Shown here one piece after another: positions 29,827 through 44,525 of a stretch of DNA of 64,000 nucleotides. The notes beneath the pieces are model-generated. The model made no database searches, had not been told where the DNA came from, and saw only the letters and a list, made by a program, of their open reading frames with translations. The position numbers and the translations under genes were made by a program. The first letter of the stretch is position 1, and each line of letters opens with the position of its first letter. The stretch is from the human T2T-CHM13v2.0 reference genome, Homo sapiens: the NCBI RefSeq assembly GCF_009914755.1, contig NC_060934.1; one strand, 5' to 3'.

Positions 29827-30689
29827 CTAAACACTGTTTTTAATATGGATTTATTCATTGTGAGCCTGATTTTTTTAAAAGTCAAATGGCTAAAGACTTC
29901 AGGAATAAAAAAGAGGACTTGATATTTAGTTAAAGAGAAAAAGACTTGTGTTTTGTCAGCATATAGTATTTTCTCCCCTTCTAACAAAAGAAAAACCAGA
30001 CTTGAGGCTTGGTGGTACGGAGATAATTGTGTAATAGGGATATTTGCTGGAATGTTTATGTGATGAAGAGAAGAAATGACCAGGTAGTAGAGAAAGGCAC
30101 ACGCTGTGTGGGTGTGGGTGGGTGGAAGAAGCTCAGTGAAGGGCAGCCACAGAGAAAAAACTGGTACTTCATAGGCACTCATCCAAGGTTTCTAATGACC
30201 CTCAGGGAAAGCTTTCTACAAGTGAGCACATGTGTCAAGGGGCTAGATGGGGAGAGTACGGGTACTGGATGTCACTGTCTCCATTGCAGAGGTTGAAAGA
30301 GTAAAGAAGGGGGAAGAGAATCCAATATACTAGTTTGCAATATCCAAAAAGTGGTATTGTTGATATTCTACTAGGAGGAGGGATAAAGGGTTTCTTAACC
30401 CAATAATTCATTGAATTTCTTATCTCCCTTATTTCTGCCTCCTCAGAGTATGGTCCCAACAAAACACCTTTTCCAGAACAAGGAAAAGGCTGGTCTTGGA
30501 CACAGTGTTTACTTGTGGGGCTAGGTTGGAGACAACAGCTATCAGGGAAGCTCTTCTCATGATGACGACAGAAGTATATAAGAGGAACCGCAGTTGTGCA
30601 AGCATGACTGAAGCTACTGCTTGAGATACTCCTGCTAACTTCCGACTGACCAAAGCAAGGACAGACTGGAAAAATGCATTCCACCTATG

Positions 30690-32730
30690 AAACGGTATGT
30701 ATATAATTACATTGCTGAGCCCAATAACACTTAGAAATGTAATATCTTTGACAATAAAAGCACAAAACTGTGGATAGGAACAAGTGTAGAAGAGGGAAAT
30801 GTTCATTAGATGGTGACACAAATTCACAGAAAGAAATGATAAGAAGAAAGGGTAAAGAAAGTTGATGTTACAATGTCTATAAATATATGCTTGTTCTACT
30901 TTCTTCTCTCATTTTCATTAAAAATATAAGATAAGATAAAGTAATTATAACAATCTGTTCTCAGGTTTTTATTATAACATACATAGACATAATATGTAAA
31001 AAATAATACCACAAAAAGAGAAGATAGAATGGAGCTATATAGGAACATAGTCTCATATTTCTTGGGAATTAAGTCAATATAAACCTCACTTAGGTTTAAA
31101 AGGAGTGATGATGTACTAATAAATGCTATAATATGATCAAATTTTGTAAACTATGCTAAGTGAAAGAAGCTAATCACAACAGATTATATATTGTATCAAT
31201 TCATTAATCGGAAATACCCCAAATTGACAAATCTATAGAGCCAGAAAGTAGATTAGTGGTTGCCTAGAGCTGTCTTGGAGGAGAGGGCCACTTGGAGACT
31301 CAAGGAGAATAGCGAGTGTTGCTGATGGCTACAAGCCTCTTTTTGGGAAGACAAAAATAAAAAAAAAAAGTTATGTTAAATATATCAAAATAAATTTATT
31401 GTGTATTTAAATGAGCAAATTGTATGATATGAAAGTTACGTCTCAATAAAACTATTGTTCTGTTTTGTTCTTCGGTATATGGCTGGTTCCGTGGCTGGAG
31501 CAGGGAGGGTAATTTAAGCATTTTGTTAGACCAGAAATCAAGTGAGTGCTAAAATATTAATGTTTTTCTGTCAAATAAATGCAGAGTTTGCTTGAAGTTG
31601 TGCCCCTGGCCAAATTTGAAATAATTCAAGCAACACAAATAAAATCATAATGTATAAGAACAACTAGACTTAAATAATCCATGAGTCCACAGTGATATTA
31701 AGAATGAACACTATATAAATATATATAATGCATAGAAAGAAAAGATAAAACAAATGAAAACTTTTTTACAAAGGAATGTCTAATAGCAAAAGTACAAGGA
31801 ATAATGGAATTAGGAAATCATATTTTATAACATCCATTATAATAATGATCCAAGCAAGAATCATCAATAAATATTAAAACCACTGGATGAAAATTCATTG
31901 GACAATGAATTCACATTGTCTCAAAATATCACCCAGCAGATTACCAACTAATTACAGAGGGAAAATTGTACAATGGAGCAATCCAACAGTTACCATTTTC
32001 ACCAAATGGTCAAGGTTCCATGGCCAATAGTAGAATGTCCTGATATCCTGTATCTTCTAATATGGGCAGTATGAGACACACATCATCTTTTTGGGATTCT
32101 TGCCAGAAAGGTGTGATCTGAATTTAACCAAGATGTAACAGTAAGAAAAATTCAAAAGTTGGAATGTTTTGCAGAATATCTAGTCAAGAATTGTCAAAAA
32201 AATCCAATATCATGAAGACAAAAGGGAAATGAAAGTTCTAGATTATAGGAGACTAAAAACACACAACAGCAAATATTATGTCTATATCTTAAAATGATTC
32301 TTATTTTGTAAATTAGTAAAACTATAAGGGACTTTTTGGGGAAAATATTAAAAACTTGTGTATGGACTACATGTTTGATGATATTCCTGTGTTAATGCTG
32401 ATTTTCCTAAGTGTGGTAATGGTATTAAATCTGTTTAGGGGGAAAAATATTCTTGTTCTTGGGTTAGTGAAGGATAGTGAAGTATTTAGTGGAGAAATGA
32501 TATGATGTCCTCATGCTGCTGTCGGAAGATTTGGAAAAAGGAAAGTATCATAAGCTTATATGTATCCACATGTGTGTATGTGTGTATGTACTTGTATGCA
32601 CACACATGCATACACACACAGACAGAGCCATTGTGGCAAGATGTTAAGAGTAATGAAACTACATGAAGGGGGCACAAGCATCCTTCTTTTTTTCAAATTC
32701 CTGTGGGTTTGAAATTTTCAGTACTAACTT
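30690..32730 (+). mobile_element. Cluster of old L1M fragments (inter-ORF piece, L1MB/ME 3' end ~31090-31455, L1MC-like 3' end ~31480-32730)
   Basis: 'ctaagtgaaagaagc...gaaagtagattagtggttgcc...ctcaataaa' and L1MC-like 3'UTR motifs. Confidence 0.65.
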
Positions 32731-33832
32731 ATTGCCTATATTACTAATCTGGGCATTTAGTTCTGCACGAAAATCTGCTTTTTTGAGTCTCATGTATTTT
32801 GTAAAATTCTGTCCAGCCCTAGTAAAATGTCTACACCATAACACTGGAAGTGCAAAACTATGTAATTGCTCCCCCTACAAAAAAAACAATAATCTTGAAA
32901 GAAGTTGCCTTTAAATTTTGTCCAATTGTGGAAATAGAACATTCCAGAGATATCTGAAATTCATGAAAATCTATGTCACTAAAGAAAAACCTATGTCTGC
33001 GCTGTTTGTAGTGTAAAAACTCTAGTATGGAGAATAGAATGGATTTTCCTATGATCTCAGTATGCTAACATTCCCAGCCCTATTTCTTCAGTGTAAGAAA
33101 GATTTTCTGTAATAAAAATTAGTCCCAGCATTGGATTATTATAGATGAGATTGCCCAAGTACAATATGAATCATAATCTCTGGAGTTTAACTTTTCAATT
33201 CTGCAGGATTTGCAAAGAAAAAAATTAATTTTTCCCCAAGATAAATGTATTACTATTTAATAAAAAAACAAAGCCAGATTACAGTGTTAGTGAAAAATAA
33301 GGAATTTACATAAAGCCCTTCTATATTTGAACAAACACACTAAATTGAGTAACATAAATTCCCAGACGTGAAAAGGTTGTGAAGAAAAGAAAACTTTTTA
33401 GGTTGATAAAATGCTTAATAACTGGACTAACACATGTCCATTGAATTTGTGTTGGCAAAAGTGACCAAACTTCTTTTTTCAGAATGACAATTCTTGTAGC
33501 TCTCAGTAGATTTGTGAGCATGTGTTCTATCAATGATCCAGGAAATTGGGCATGATATATAGTAATTCATCTCTCAAAAGATCAGTAATGGCCATGGAAG
33601 AATGTAGGGCAATTTTTTTTTCCCATCTCAGACCATATGGGGAATGTCCTCTCCTAATATTTGATTAGCTTTGCTGGAGCTATTGCAAAGTTGGGCAAAA
33701 GTCCAAATGAGTAGAGAGTTGGTCCTTGGAAAATTGGGAAAATTGTGTTTAAATTTACATTAATCTAGATAGGCTAGACCATGCTGAAGGAACAAAGAAA
33801 ACCTCACATCTCAGTGGTTTAAGATAATAAAC

Positions 33833-34312
33833 TGCCGAGACCAGCTCGGTCGTGGAGACCCTAACCCAGCGGCACTAGAGGAATTAAAGACACACACACA
33901 GCAATATTGAGTGCAGAGTGGGAATCAGGGGGCTGACAGCCTTCAGAGCTGAAAGCCATGAACAGAGTTTTACCAACATAATTATTGACAGCAAGCCAGT
34001 GATAAGCATTGTTTCTATAGATTATAGATTAACTAAAACAGGAAACAAAGGGATGGGCTCTGGCTAGTTATCTGCAGCAGGAACATGTCCTTAAGGCACA
34101 AATCACTCATGCTATTGTTTGTGGTTCAGGAACTCCTTAAGCTGTTTTCCTGCCCTGGGTGGGCCAGGTGTTCCTTGCCCTCATTCTGGTAAACCAAAAA
34201 CCTTCAGCATGGGCGTCATAGCCATTACGAGCATGTCACAGTGCTGCAGAGATTTTGTTTATGGCCAGTTTGGGCCCTGTTTATGGCCAGATTTGGGGGC
34301 CTGTTCCCAACA
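33833..34312 (-). mobile_element. MER9a solo LTR (HERV-K9/HML-3), inserted in an old minus-strand MLT1 LTR
   Basis: Reverse strand begins tgttgggaacaggcccccaaatctggccataaac; perfect 6-bp TSD ataaac (33827-33832 / 34313-34318), the length typical of ERVK. Confidence 0.92.
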
Positions 34313-35114
34313 ATAAACTTTATTTTTGGTCCACAGAATGTCCAATTCTGGTTGGCCCCCACTTTACTATGTTGTAGCTCCTGCATCTGAATCATGGGGC
34401 CTTGAAGACATCATGACAAAGGGACAAGAGAGAGCTAGAAGGCATCAAGAGTGGTTTATGAAAGCCAGGGTTTGAAGTGGCTTTAGTCCCTCTTACTCAT
34501 CTTTTCCTGGCCAGAACTCAGCCATTTGGCCACAATCCAACTCCTCATCCTGAAAGAGGAAATAATATGGGGATGGCCTGCATTGCTCTAGCCACAGAGT
34601 TCTATCTCCTGGATAGCTACTCTTATACAGTGTGAGACCCTGGGGTACCTGGTGGTCAGTTTTCCACAAATATGGAAAGACTCTGACTAGGAATGAAGCC
34701 ATCACAGAAGGAAACAAAGCAGAGACAGGGAGCTTTTGTTCTTCACATTGTTGTAGTCTATGAATCTTACCATGACTGTGAGCTAATAAATAACTCCTAC
34801 CTCTTTTTTGCTCTTTAATTCAGTTTGACTTGCATTTATGAGTCTTCTAACCAATAGTCATAACTAACTCAGAGTCTTTAAAAACCCCATGCTTGCTGAA
34901 GGTAGCTTAATTAATTAATAATTCAACTGATTATTAATTGGCAAATACTATGGGTATCTACTGTGCTGTGCTTAGTAAACTTTCACTCTTCTATCAAATT
35001 TTGTCTGAGTATTACCTCCAACATGAAGTCTTTCCATTACATTCTGGGCCTGGTTTTGTCAATTCTCAGGGTTCTGATAAATATTAGAAACATACGGAAA
35101 CTGTGAGAGGCAGA

Positions 35115-35315
35115 GCTTATGTCTAAGATTAAATCCAGATACTATTTATAGTTGTGTGACCTTAGGTATGTAATTTAACCCCTGTATGTCTCAGTTTTAT
35201 TAACCATAGAAATAATATAATGTTATTATGAGTATTAAATAAGCTAATACATATAAAGCACTTAGAATAGTGCCTGGAAGGTTTTATTCCATACATATTA
35301 GCAATTATTATTAAT
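35115..35315 (+). mobile_element. MIR
   Basis: 'gttgtgtgaccttagg...tctcagtttt...aaagcacttagaatagtgcctgg'. Confidence 0.75.
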
Positions 35316-35454
35316 AATAGACTATAAACTCTTCATGGTCAGGATAGTGACAATTTGCTGATTTCTTCTGTTTAATACTTAGATTACCACCTGGCCCAAG
35401 AGGATTCTCAATCTATATGACTTGAAGGAATAGCCACAACAATGGAAATAATAA

Positions 35455-36201
35455 TGATATAAACTGATTGCAAAAAAATGACTTTAATACTCTACCATTT
35501 CTTTATCCCTTGCTATGTGGCTTCATTATCTCCCTCCAAGAAATTGTGTCTATTTCCTCTTCTCTTAAATCTAGGAGGCCAAGGTGGGTGGATCACCTAA
35601 GGTCAGGAGATCAAGACCAGCCTGATCAACATGGTGAAACCCCATCTCTACTAAAAATACAAAAATTAGCCAGGCATGGTGGTGCACAACTGTAATCCCA
35701 GCTACTCATGAGGCTGAGGCAGGAGAATCACTTGAACCCAGGAGGCGGGGGTTGCAGTGAGCCACGATGGCACCACTGCACGCCAGCATGGGCGACAGAG
35801 CATCTCAAAAAACAAAAACAAAAACAAAAAAAAACTGGGATGGTCTTGTGACTGCTTTAGCTAATAGAATATGGCATAAATAACATTATACTGGTTTTAA
35901 GTCCACGTGCGAAGAAGCCTTGCCTTGTTTATTCTCTTCCTTACTCTCCTGCATTTGCCATCTTCCACGCTCATGCTGGAAGATGAGATACCACCTGGAG
36001 AAAGAGCCAAGCCGCCCTACAAGGGAAGCCACAGCTGGATGCAGACATATGAGTGCTCCTGGCCAAGACCTGAAGAACCGCCTCGCCTGGCTGACCCCAG
36101 CCTAAATTGCCTTCCCTTAGAATCACAAACCAAATATGTGACTGCCATTTTAAGGCACTTAACTTTGGAATGGTTTTGCATAGCAATAACTAACTGATAC
36201 A
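35455..36201 (+). mobile_element. MLT1F/G/H-like LTR interrupted by an Alu
   Basis: 'cttgtgactgctttagctaatagaatatggca...gcaataactaactgataca'. Confidence 0.7.
35574..35833 (+). mobile_element. 5'-truncated AluS
   Basis: Starts at ggaggccaagg; (A5C)n tail. Confidence 0.93.
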
Positions 36202-37357
36202 GATAGGAATGATAACATCTATCGAGCACATACGTTATGCTAAAATTCACTCTAAGTTCTTTCCACGTTTTAGCCTATTCAATAAATGAATAGAATACAT
36301 AGAATTTTAAGCTGATTAACACAACAGCTGTAACAAAATTCCAAATTTCTCAATGTTTTAACATAAATGCATTTATTTCTTATTTCTATGAGGGACTAAG
36401 TGGTTGAAAAATTATCTTGGGCAGCTCTTCTCTAATCAATAACTCAAGCATTGGGGTCTTTTCAATGACATCTTCAACAGGCAGCTTTCAAGGTCACTGT
36501 GAAAAAGGAAGAAGCAGGATATCATACAAGGAGAATTTTGTTGGGCCAGGTCATAAGAGAGTTTTTACATGTATTCCATTGGCCAAGCCTAGTCATGTGG
36601 CTCCAATTAGCTGCAAGGGGGCTGTGTTACAAGGGAAAATGAAACATCTTTGCCACATAGAAACCCTACCCTCAAAAATTTAGAATCCATTTGGAAGTGT
36701 CAAAATGTATAAAGTCTGTTGTAATTTGAAACAGTTTTATGAAGGAAATAAAACTTCAGATGGGCCTTGAAGATGAAGTGTAGGAAGAAAAACAAAAAAA
36801 AACAAAAAACAAAAACAAGAAAAAACAGTGACTGGTTTGCATTAGCAAAGATGCGGAAGAAAGCTGACTAGGATGCTGTCTTCCTAGAAAGCTGAGTCCT
36901 CCAACCATGCTTCAATTCCCTCGTTCAGGGATCCCATCTCTAGCCATCTGGATCTGATCTTCATTATATGTATCCAAGCTTCCCATCTTAATTGTTCTTT
37001 CAGTTAAAAGACTAGCTTTATTTCTTCTTTCTCAGACTGTAGATCCACTTATTCCCTGTGTTGACTTGGGTTTTCCCCCTTGCTGTGGAAATTTCTCAGG
37101 TGGGTAAAACCCATTTGAGACCTGATTTTAGTGTCCTCTGGACTGGCATTCTGCCCTCAAGGATTCTGTCCCGACCCAGCATCATAATTCTCCTTGTCAC
37201 TGTGTAGGGCCCAGCAGAGCAGGTGGATAATGAGACACAGAAGGCAGGTTGCAGGGAAGTATAGGCTACAGATGACATTTTGAATGTGAACCTCACAAAC
37301 TCTAGTAATTTTGATTGTATCACAAATAGCATTTGTATTACACAATGTTCTTTCTTA

Positions 37358-38225
<868 letters not shown>

Positions 38226-39963
38226 CAATCTCCCTCCAAGGGTCAAATTGTGCCCCTGGGCACTGACCCTCACTAACAAAAAAGTCTCAGAGTTTGTGAT
38301 GATCTTTGACATTTGTGACTTCTACAAGATTCCACGATCTCTCCTGAAATTTGGTAGCCAGTCCCACTTTACTCACCAGATCCACCACAACATATTTGGG
38401 GCTAAGCAGTGATAGCAGATGCTTACAAGTAAAGAAACTCATTACAGGAGTACTTATGGGCCTGGCCTCAAGCGGACCAAGTCTGAGCTGCATTCAGCCC
38501 CAGCTAGAGTCCACTTCTGCTCTTTCCATAGCATAGTCATTACTTGGGTCAATACAGAGCTTTCTTTTGCTTCCATCTGATGTGCCTCTGTAGAACAAAC
38601 TGGTTTAAAAATTTGGGTCCATGATGGTAATTCTTTATCTGAGATGAAAGATGCAAAATTATCAAATGCAAAGAGCATGAGAGTGAAACTTATGCTTCTT
38701 CTATAGCAGGATGTCTTATCCAAAATAAGTTTCACTTCAGCCCCAGAATCATTGCTTCTGTTAAGTTGTCAGGAACAAGTCTAGCTGGAAAAAGGATGAC
38801 AAGGAGGAGCAGGAGGAGGAGGAAGAACAAGAATTAGGCTCATCACAGATATATATAAGGAGCATAGATGGGCAAAGAGAAAGGAGGAGTGGTTCTTGGA
38901 GACCCGCTGTTGACTTCCCAGGAAAGCTCTCAGACTATGGCCATGCAGGTAGATACCAAGCTCACTTACCTTCAGTTGTACTCACTCAAATCTTTCCTAA
39001 GTTACCCTGATCAGACAGCTTGCAGCCAGATCATGAGGTACATGTAGGACATGGCATGAAGTTTTGGTTTCATTCTGAACCAAGGAAAGCCACTGAGGAA
39101 TTCTGAGCTGCAGAAAGTCACTTTGACTGATTTATGGAAAGTGGATTGAAGGGGAATAATTGAGGAAGCATTTTGGAAACCAGTGAGGAGGCCATAGCCA
39201 TTGTTCCCATGAGAGCTCCCAGCCAGAACTGTGGGGAGACACTTTAGATGTAGCCATGGGACATAGGTGACTCAGACTGCTAGTCGCCAGGGCAGGCTAT
39301 ACCAGAAGTAGAGACACTCCCCAGACTTCATGAATGGATCCCTCTTCCTCCTGATTAGCTTTAGGCAATATTTCTTCTGTGAAAATAATTTCTGGAGAAT
39401 GATTTTCCTTCTTCAAACACACAAAGATGTGTGAAAAAGCAAAACTAGATATATTAATGGCTCAAAATAATAAGAGAGGAGTTAAAAAAAAAACTTTACA
39501 CTATAAAAACAGTTTCCTAAAGTTAAAGACAAAAATGCCATTTGGGTTTCACAAATATGTTTTGGATCATGTAAATCATATTAACAATTAAAATTAAAGA
39601 ATGAGATCTTTCATTAAGGAAGCTACATACAATGTTCAGCTGCAGATTTTATGTCTTCTCAAGCTGTAGGCAGCCATCACCTCAAACTATTTTCTGTTCT
39701 CTCCTAGATTACATGTGAGAAGGATTAGCCAGGTCAAAGTCTTGGTAAAGTAAAAGTGTAGGAAGAGGAGCCATCTCCTGAGCCTGATGCATGTCTTTTG
39801 TTGGAATATTAGGCTGCAGTAGTTTAACGGCACATATTAGGGACCATATTATCTTCTTTTTTCTTATTGTTAGAAAATTGGTAGGTGCCCATGTATGGGA
39901 AATTATGTTTCTAAGTTGTTGTTGTTTTTTTAACTCTAGTACTGCTGTAAGATTCTGCACAAC

Positions 39964-42900
39964 TTTTTTTTCTTTTAACTTTTATTTTAGGTTCAGGGGT
40001 ACATGCACAGCTTTGTTATATAGGTGAATTGTTGTCATGGAGGTTTGGTGTAAAGATCACCCAGGTACTAAGCATAGTACCTGACAGGTAGTTTTACTGA
40101 TTCTCTCCCTCCTGCCACCCGCCACCCTCATGTCGGCCCCTGTGTCTATTGTTCTTTTCTTTGTGTCCATATGTTCTCATTATATTGCTCCCATTTATAA
40201 GTGAGAGCATGTGGTATTTGGTTTTGTGTTCCTATGTTAGTTTGCTTAGGATAGCGGTCTCCAGCTCCATCCATGTTGCTGCAAAGGACATGGTCCCATT
40301 ATTTTTTATGGCTACATAGTATTCCATAGTGTATACGTACCACATTTTCTTTATCCAGTCTATCATTGATGGGCATTTAGGTTGATTCTATGTCTTTGCT
40401 ATTGTGGATAGTCCTGCAATGAACATATGCATGCATCTTTCTTTATGGTACAATGATTTGGATTTCTTTGGGTATATCTCCAGTAATGAGATTGCTGGGT
40501 CAGATGATGATATGGTTTGGCTGTGTCCCCACCCAAATCTCATCTTGAATTCCCACGTGTCATGGGAGGGACCCGGTAGGAGGTAATGGAATCATGGGGA
40601 CAGGTATTTTCTGTGCTGTTCTAGTGATAGTGAATAAGTCTTATGAGATCTGATGGTTTTAAAAACTGGAGTTTCCCTGCACAAGCTCTCTTCTCGTCTG
40701 CTGCCAGATGAGAAGTCTCTTTCACCTTCTGCCATGATTATGAGGCCTCCCCAGCCACGTGGAACTGTAAGTCCATTAAATCTCTTTCTATTGTAAATTG
40801 CCCAGTCTCGGTATGTCTTTATCAGTAGTGTGAAAACAGACTAATACAAATGGTAATTCTGTTTTTACTTCTTTGAAGAATCACCACACTGCTTTCCACA
40901 ATGGCTGAAGTAATTTACATTCCCACCAGCAGTGTATAAGTGTTTCCTTTTCTCCACAACCTCGCCAGCATCTGTGGTTTTTTACATTTTAGTAATAAGC
41001 CATTCTGACTGGTGTGGGATGGCATCTCATTGTGGTTTTGATTTGAATTTTTCTAATGATTAGTGATGTTGAACATTTTTTTCATATTCTTTTTGGGTGC
41101 ATGTATGTCTTCTTTTGAAAAGTATTTGCTCATGTCCTTTGCCTGCTTTGTAATGGAGATGTTTGGTTTTTGTTCTTGTAAATTTGTTAAAGATTCTTAT
41201 AGATTCTGGATATTAGAACTTCTTCAGAAGCATAGTTGGCTAATATTTTCTCTCATTCTGTAGGTTGTCTGTTTACTCTATTGATGATTACTTTTGTTGT
41301 GCAAAAGTTCTTTAGTTTAATTTGATCCTATTTATCAATTTTTGCTTTTGTTGCAATTGCTTTTGACATCTTTGCCATGAAATCTTTGCCAGTTCCTATG
41401 TCTAGAATGGTATTTCCTGGATTATCTTCCAGAATTTTTATAGTTTTAGGTTTTACATTTAAGTCTTTAATCCATTTTGAGTTGATTTTTGTATATGCTA
41501 TGAGGAGGAGGTCCGGTTTCAATTGTCTGTAAATAACTAGCCAGTTATCCCAGCACCATTTACTGAACAGAGAGTCCCTTCCCTAATGCTTGTTTTGTCA
41601 GCTCTGTCGAAGAAACAGATGGTTGTAGGTATGCAGCTTTACTTCTGGGATCTCTATTCTGTTCCATTGGTCTATGTGTCTGTTTTTGTACCAGTACAAT
41701 GCTGATTTGGTTATTGCAGCCTTGTAGTATAGTTTGAAGTCAGGTAATGCGAGGCCTCCAGGTTTGTTCTTTTGCTTAGAATTGCCTCGGCTATTTGAGC
41801 TCTTTTTTGGTTCCATATGAATTTTAAAATAGTTTTTTTTTAGTTCTGTGAAGAATGTCATTGGTAGTTTGATAGGAATAACATTGAATCTGTAAATTAC
41901 TTTAGGTAGTATGGCCATTTTAATGATATTGGATTCCTCCTATTCCTAAGCATGTAATTTTTTTTATTTGTTTGTGTCAACTCTGATTTCTTTGAGCAGT
42001 GTTTTGTAATTCTCATTGTAGAGATCTTTCACATCCCTGGTTAGATGTATTCCTAGGTATTTTCTTTTTGTGGCAATTATAAATGGGATTGTATTCTTGA
42101 TTTGGTTCTAAGCTTGGATGTCATTGGTGTACAGGAATGCAACTGATTTTGTACATGTAATTTGGATCCTAAAACTTTGTTGAAGTTGTTTATCAGCTCA
42201 AGTAGCTTTTGGACAGAGGCTATGGAGCTTTCTAAATATAGAATTATGTCATCTGTAAGCAGGGGTAGTTTCACTTCGTCTTTTTCTATTTGGATGCCTT
42301 TTATTTCTTTCTATTGCCTGGTTGATTAGGCCCAGACTTCCAATACTTTGTTGAATAGGAGTGATCAGAGAAGGCATCCTTGCCTTATGCTTGTTTCCAA
42401 GGGGAGGGCTTCCAGCTTTTGCCCATTTGGTATGATGTTAGCTCTGGGTTTGCCATACATGTTTCTTCTTATTTTGAAGTATATTCCTTCGATGCCTAGG
42501 TTTCTGAGGGTTTTATGATGGAATGTTGAATTTCATCAAAAGCCTCTTCTACATCTATTGAGACAATCATGTGGTTTTTCTCCTGAGTTTTGTTTATGTG
42601 ACAAATCACATTTATTAATTTGTATATGTTGAACCAAACTTGCATTCCAAGGATAAAGCCTACTTGATCATTATTAATTTGATTTTTAATGTGCTGCTCT
42701 ATTCAGCTTGCTAGTATTTTGTTGAGGATTTTTGCATCTATGTTCATCAAGGATATTGATGTTTAGTTTTCTGTTTGTTTAATTGTGTCTGTGCTAGGTT
42801 TTGGTATCAGAATGATGCTGGCTTCATAGAATGAGTTGAGGAGTCCCTCCTCCTCAATTTTTTGGAATAGTTACAGCAGGAATGGGACCAGCTATTCTTT

Positions 42901-44525
42901 GTATATCTGTTAGAATTCAGCTGTGAATCCATCTGGTCCTGGGATGTTGTTTTTTGTGGGTTTTTTGCTTTGCAGGCTATTTATTACCGATTCAATTTTG
43001 AAATTCATTATTGGTCTTTTCAGGAAATCAGTTTCTTCTTGATTCAGTCTTGGGAGGATGTATATGTCCAGGAGTTTATCTGTTTCTTCTACATTTTCTA
43101 ATTTGTTTGCATAATGGTGTTTGTAGTAGTCTCTGATGGGTATAGGTATTTCTGTAGGGTCTATGGTAATGTCCTCTTTGTCATTTTTAATTGTGTTTAT
43201 TTGGATGGTCTCTCTTTTCTTATTAGTCTAGCTAGCAGTCTATCTATATTATTAATTTTTTCAAATAGCCAATTCCTGGATTCATTAATCTTTTCCATGG
43301 TTTCTAATGTCTCAGTCTCCTTCAGTTCAGCTCTGATTTTGATTATTTCTTATCTTCTGGGAGCTCTGGGGTTGGTTTGCTCTTGCTTCTCTAGTTCTTC
43401 TAGTTGTGATGTTAGGTTGTTAATTTGAGATCTTTCTAACTTTTAGATGTGGGGGTTTACAGCTGTAAATTTCTTTCTTAACACTGCCTTAGCTGTTTCT
43501 CAGAGATTCTGATATATCTTTGTTCTCATTAGTTTCAAAGAACTCAACTTCTGCCTTAATTTTATTATTTACTCCAATGTCAATCAAGTGCAGGTCATCT
43601 AATGAAATTGTATCGTTCTGAGTGATTTCCTTCATATTGAATTCTATTTTTATTTCACTGTAGTCTGAGCATGTGGTTGATAAGATTTTGTTTTTTCTTA
43701 ATTTTCTGAGGATTGTTTTGTGTCCAATTGTGTGATTGATTTTAGAGTATATGCTATGTGGCAATGAGAAGAATGTATATTCTGTTGTTTTGGGCTGGAG
43801 AATTCTGCAGATGTCTATTATGTCCATTTGATCCACTGTTGAGTTCAGGTCCTGAATATCTTCATTAATTTTCTGCCTTGATAATATAATACTGATAGTC
43901 GTGTGTTGAAATCACCCACTATTATTTTGTGGGAATCTAAGTTTGTTTATAGAACTCTAATAACTCAGTTTATGAATCTGGGTACTCCTGTGTTGGGTGC
44001 ATATTTATTTAGTACAGTTAGGTCTTCTTGTCGAATTGAACTCTTTACCATTATGTAATGCCTTTCTTCATTTTTTTTATATTTGTTGATTTAAAGTCTG
44101 TTTTATCTGAAATTAGGACTGCAACCCCTGCTTTTTTTCTGTTTTCCATTTGCTTGGTAGATTTTTCTTCATCCTTTTATTTTAAGCCCGTGGATGTTAT
44201 TGCATATGTGATGGGTCTTTTGAAGATAGTCTTGCTTTTTTATCCAGCGTGCCACTCTGTGCCTTTTAAATGGGGGTATTTGGCCTGTTTACATTCAAGG
44301 TTAGTATTGATATGTGTGAATTTGGTCCTGTCATCATATTGTTAGCTGGTTATTATGCAGATTTGTTTGCGTGGTTGCTTTATAGTGTCATTGGTCTGTG
44401 TCCTTGCATGTGTTTTCATAGTGACTGCTAAGAGTCTTTTCTTATTTAGTGCTTTTTTCAGGAGCTCTTGTAAGGCAGGTCTGGTGGCAACAAGTCCCCT
44501 CAGCATTTGCTTGTCTGAAAAAGAT
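39964..44525 (-). mobile_element. L1PA13-15-like LINE-1, 5'-truncated; 3'UTR, degenerate ORF2 and end of ORF1
   Basis: ORF remnants: endonuclease (QMDIIDICRILQPKTTEYTFFS, 43489-43836), RT (LLTDDIILYLE, 42077-42274), [17 protein letters not shown]; poly-T at the left end. Confidence 0.95.
40508..40848 (+). mobile_element. THE1B-like solo LTR nested in the L1 3' region
   Basis: tgatatggtttggctgtgtcccc...gactaataca; L1 continues on both sides. Confidence 0.93.

Noticed and set aside
39964-44525. Active LINE-1
   Set aside because: No 5'UTR, ORF2 fragmented by stops and frameshifts, interrupted by THE1
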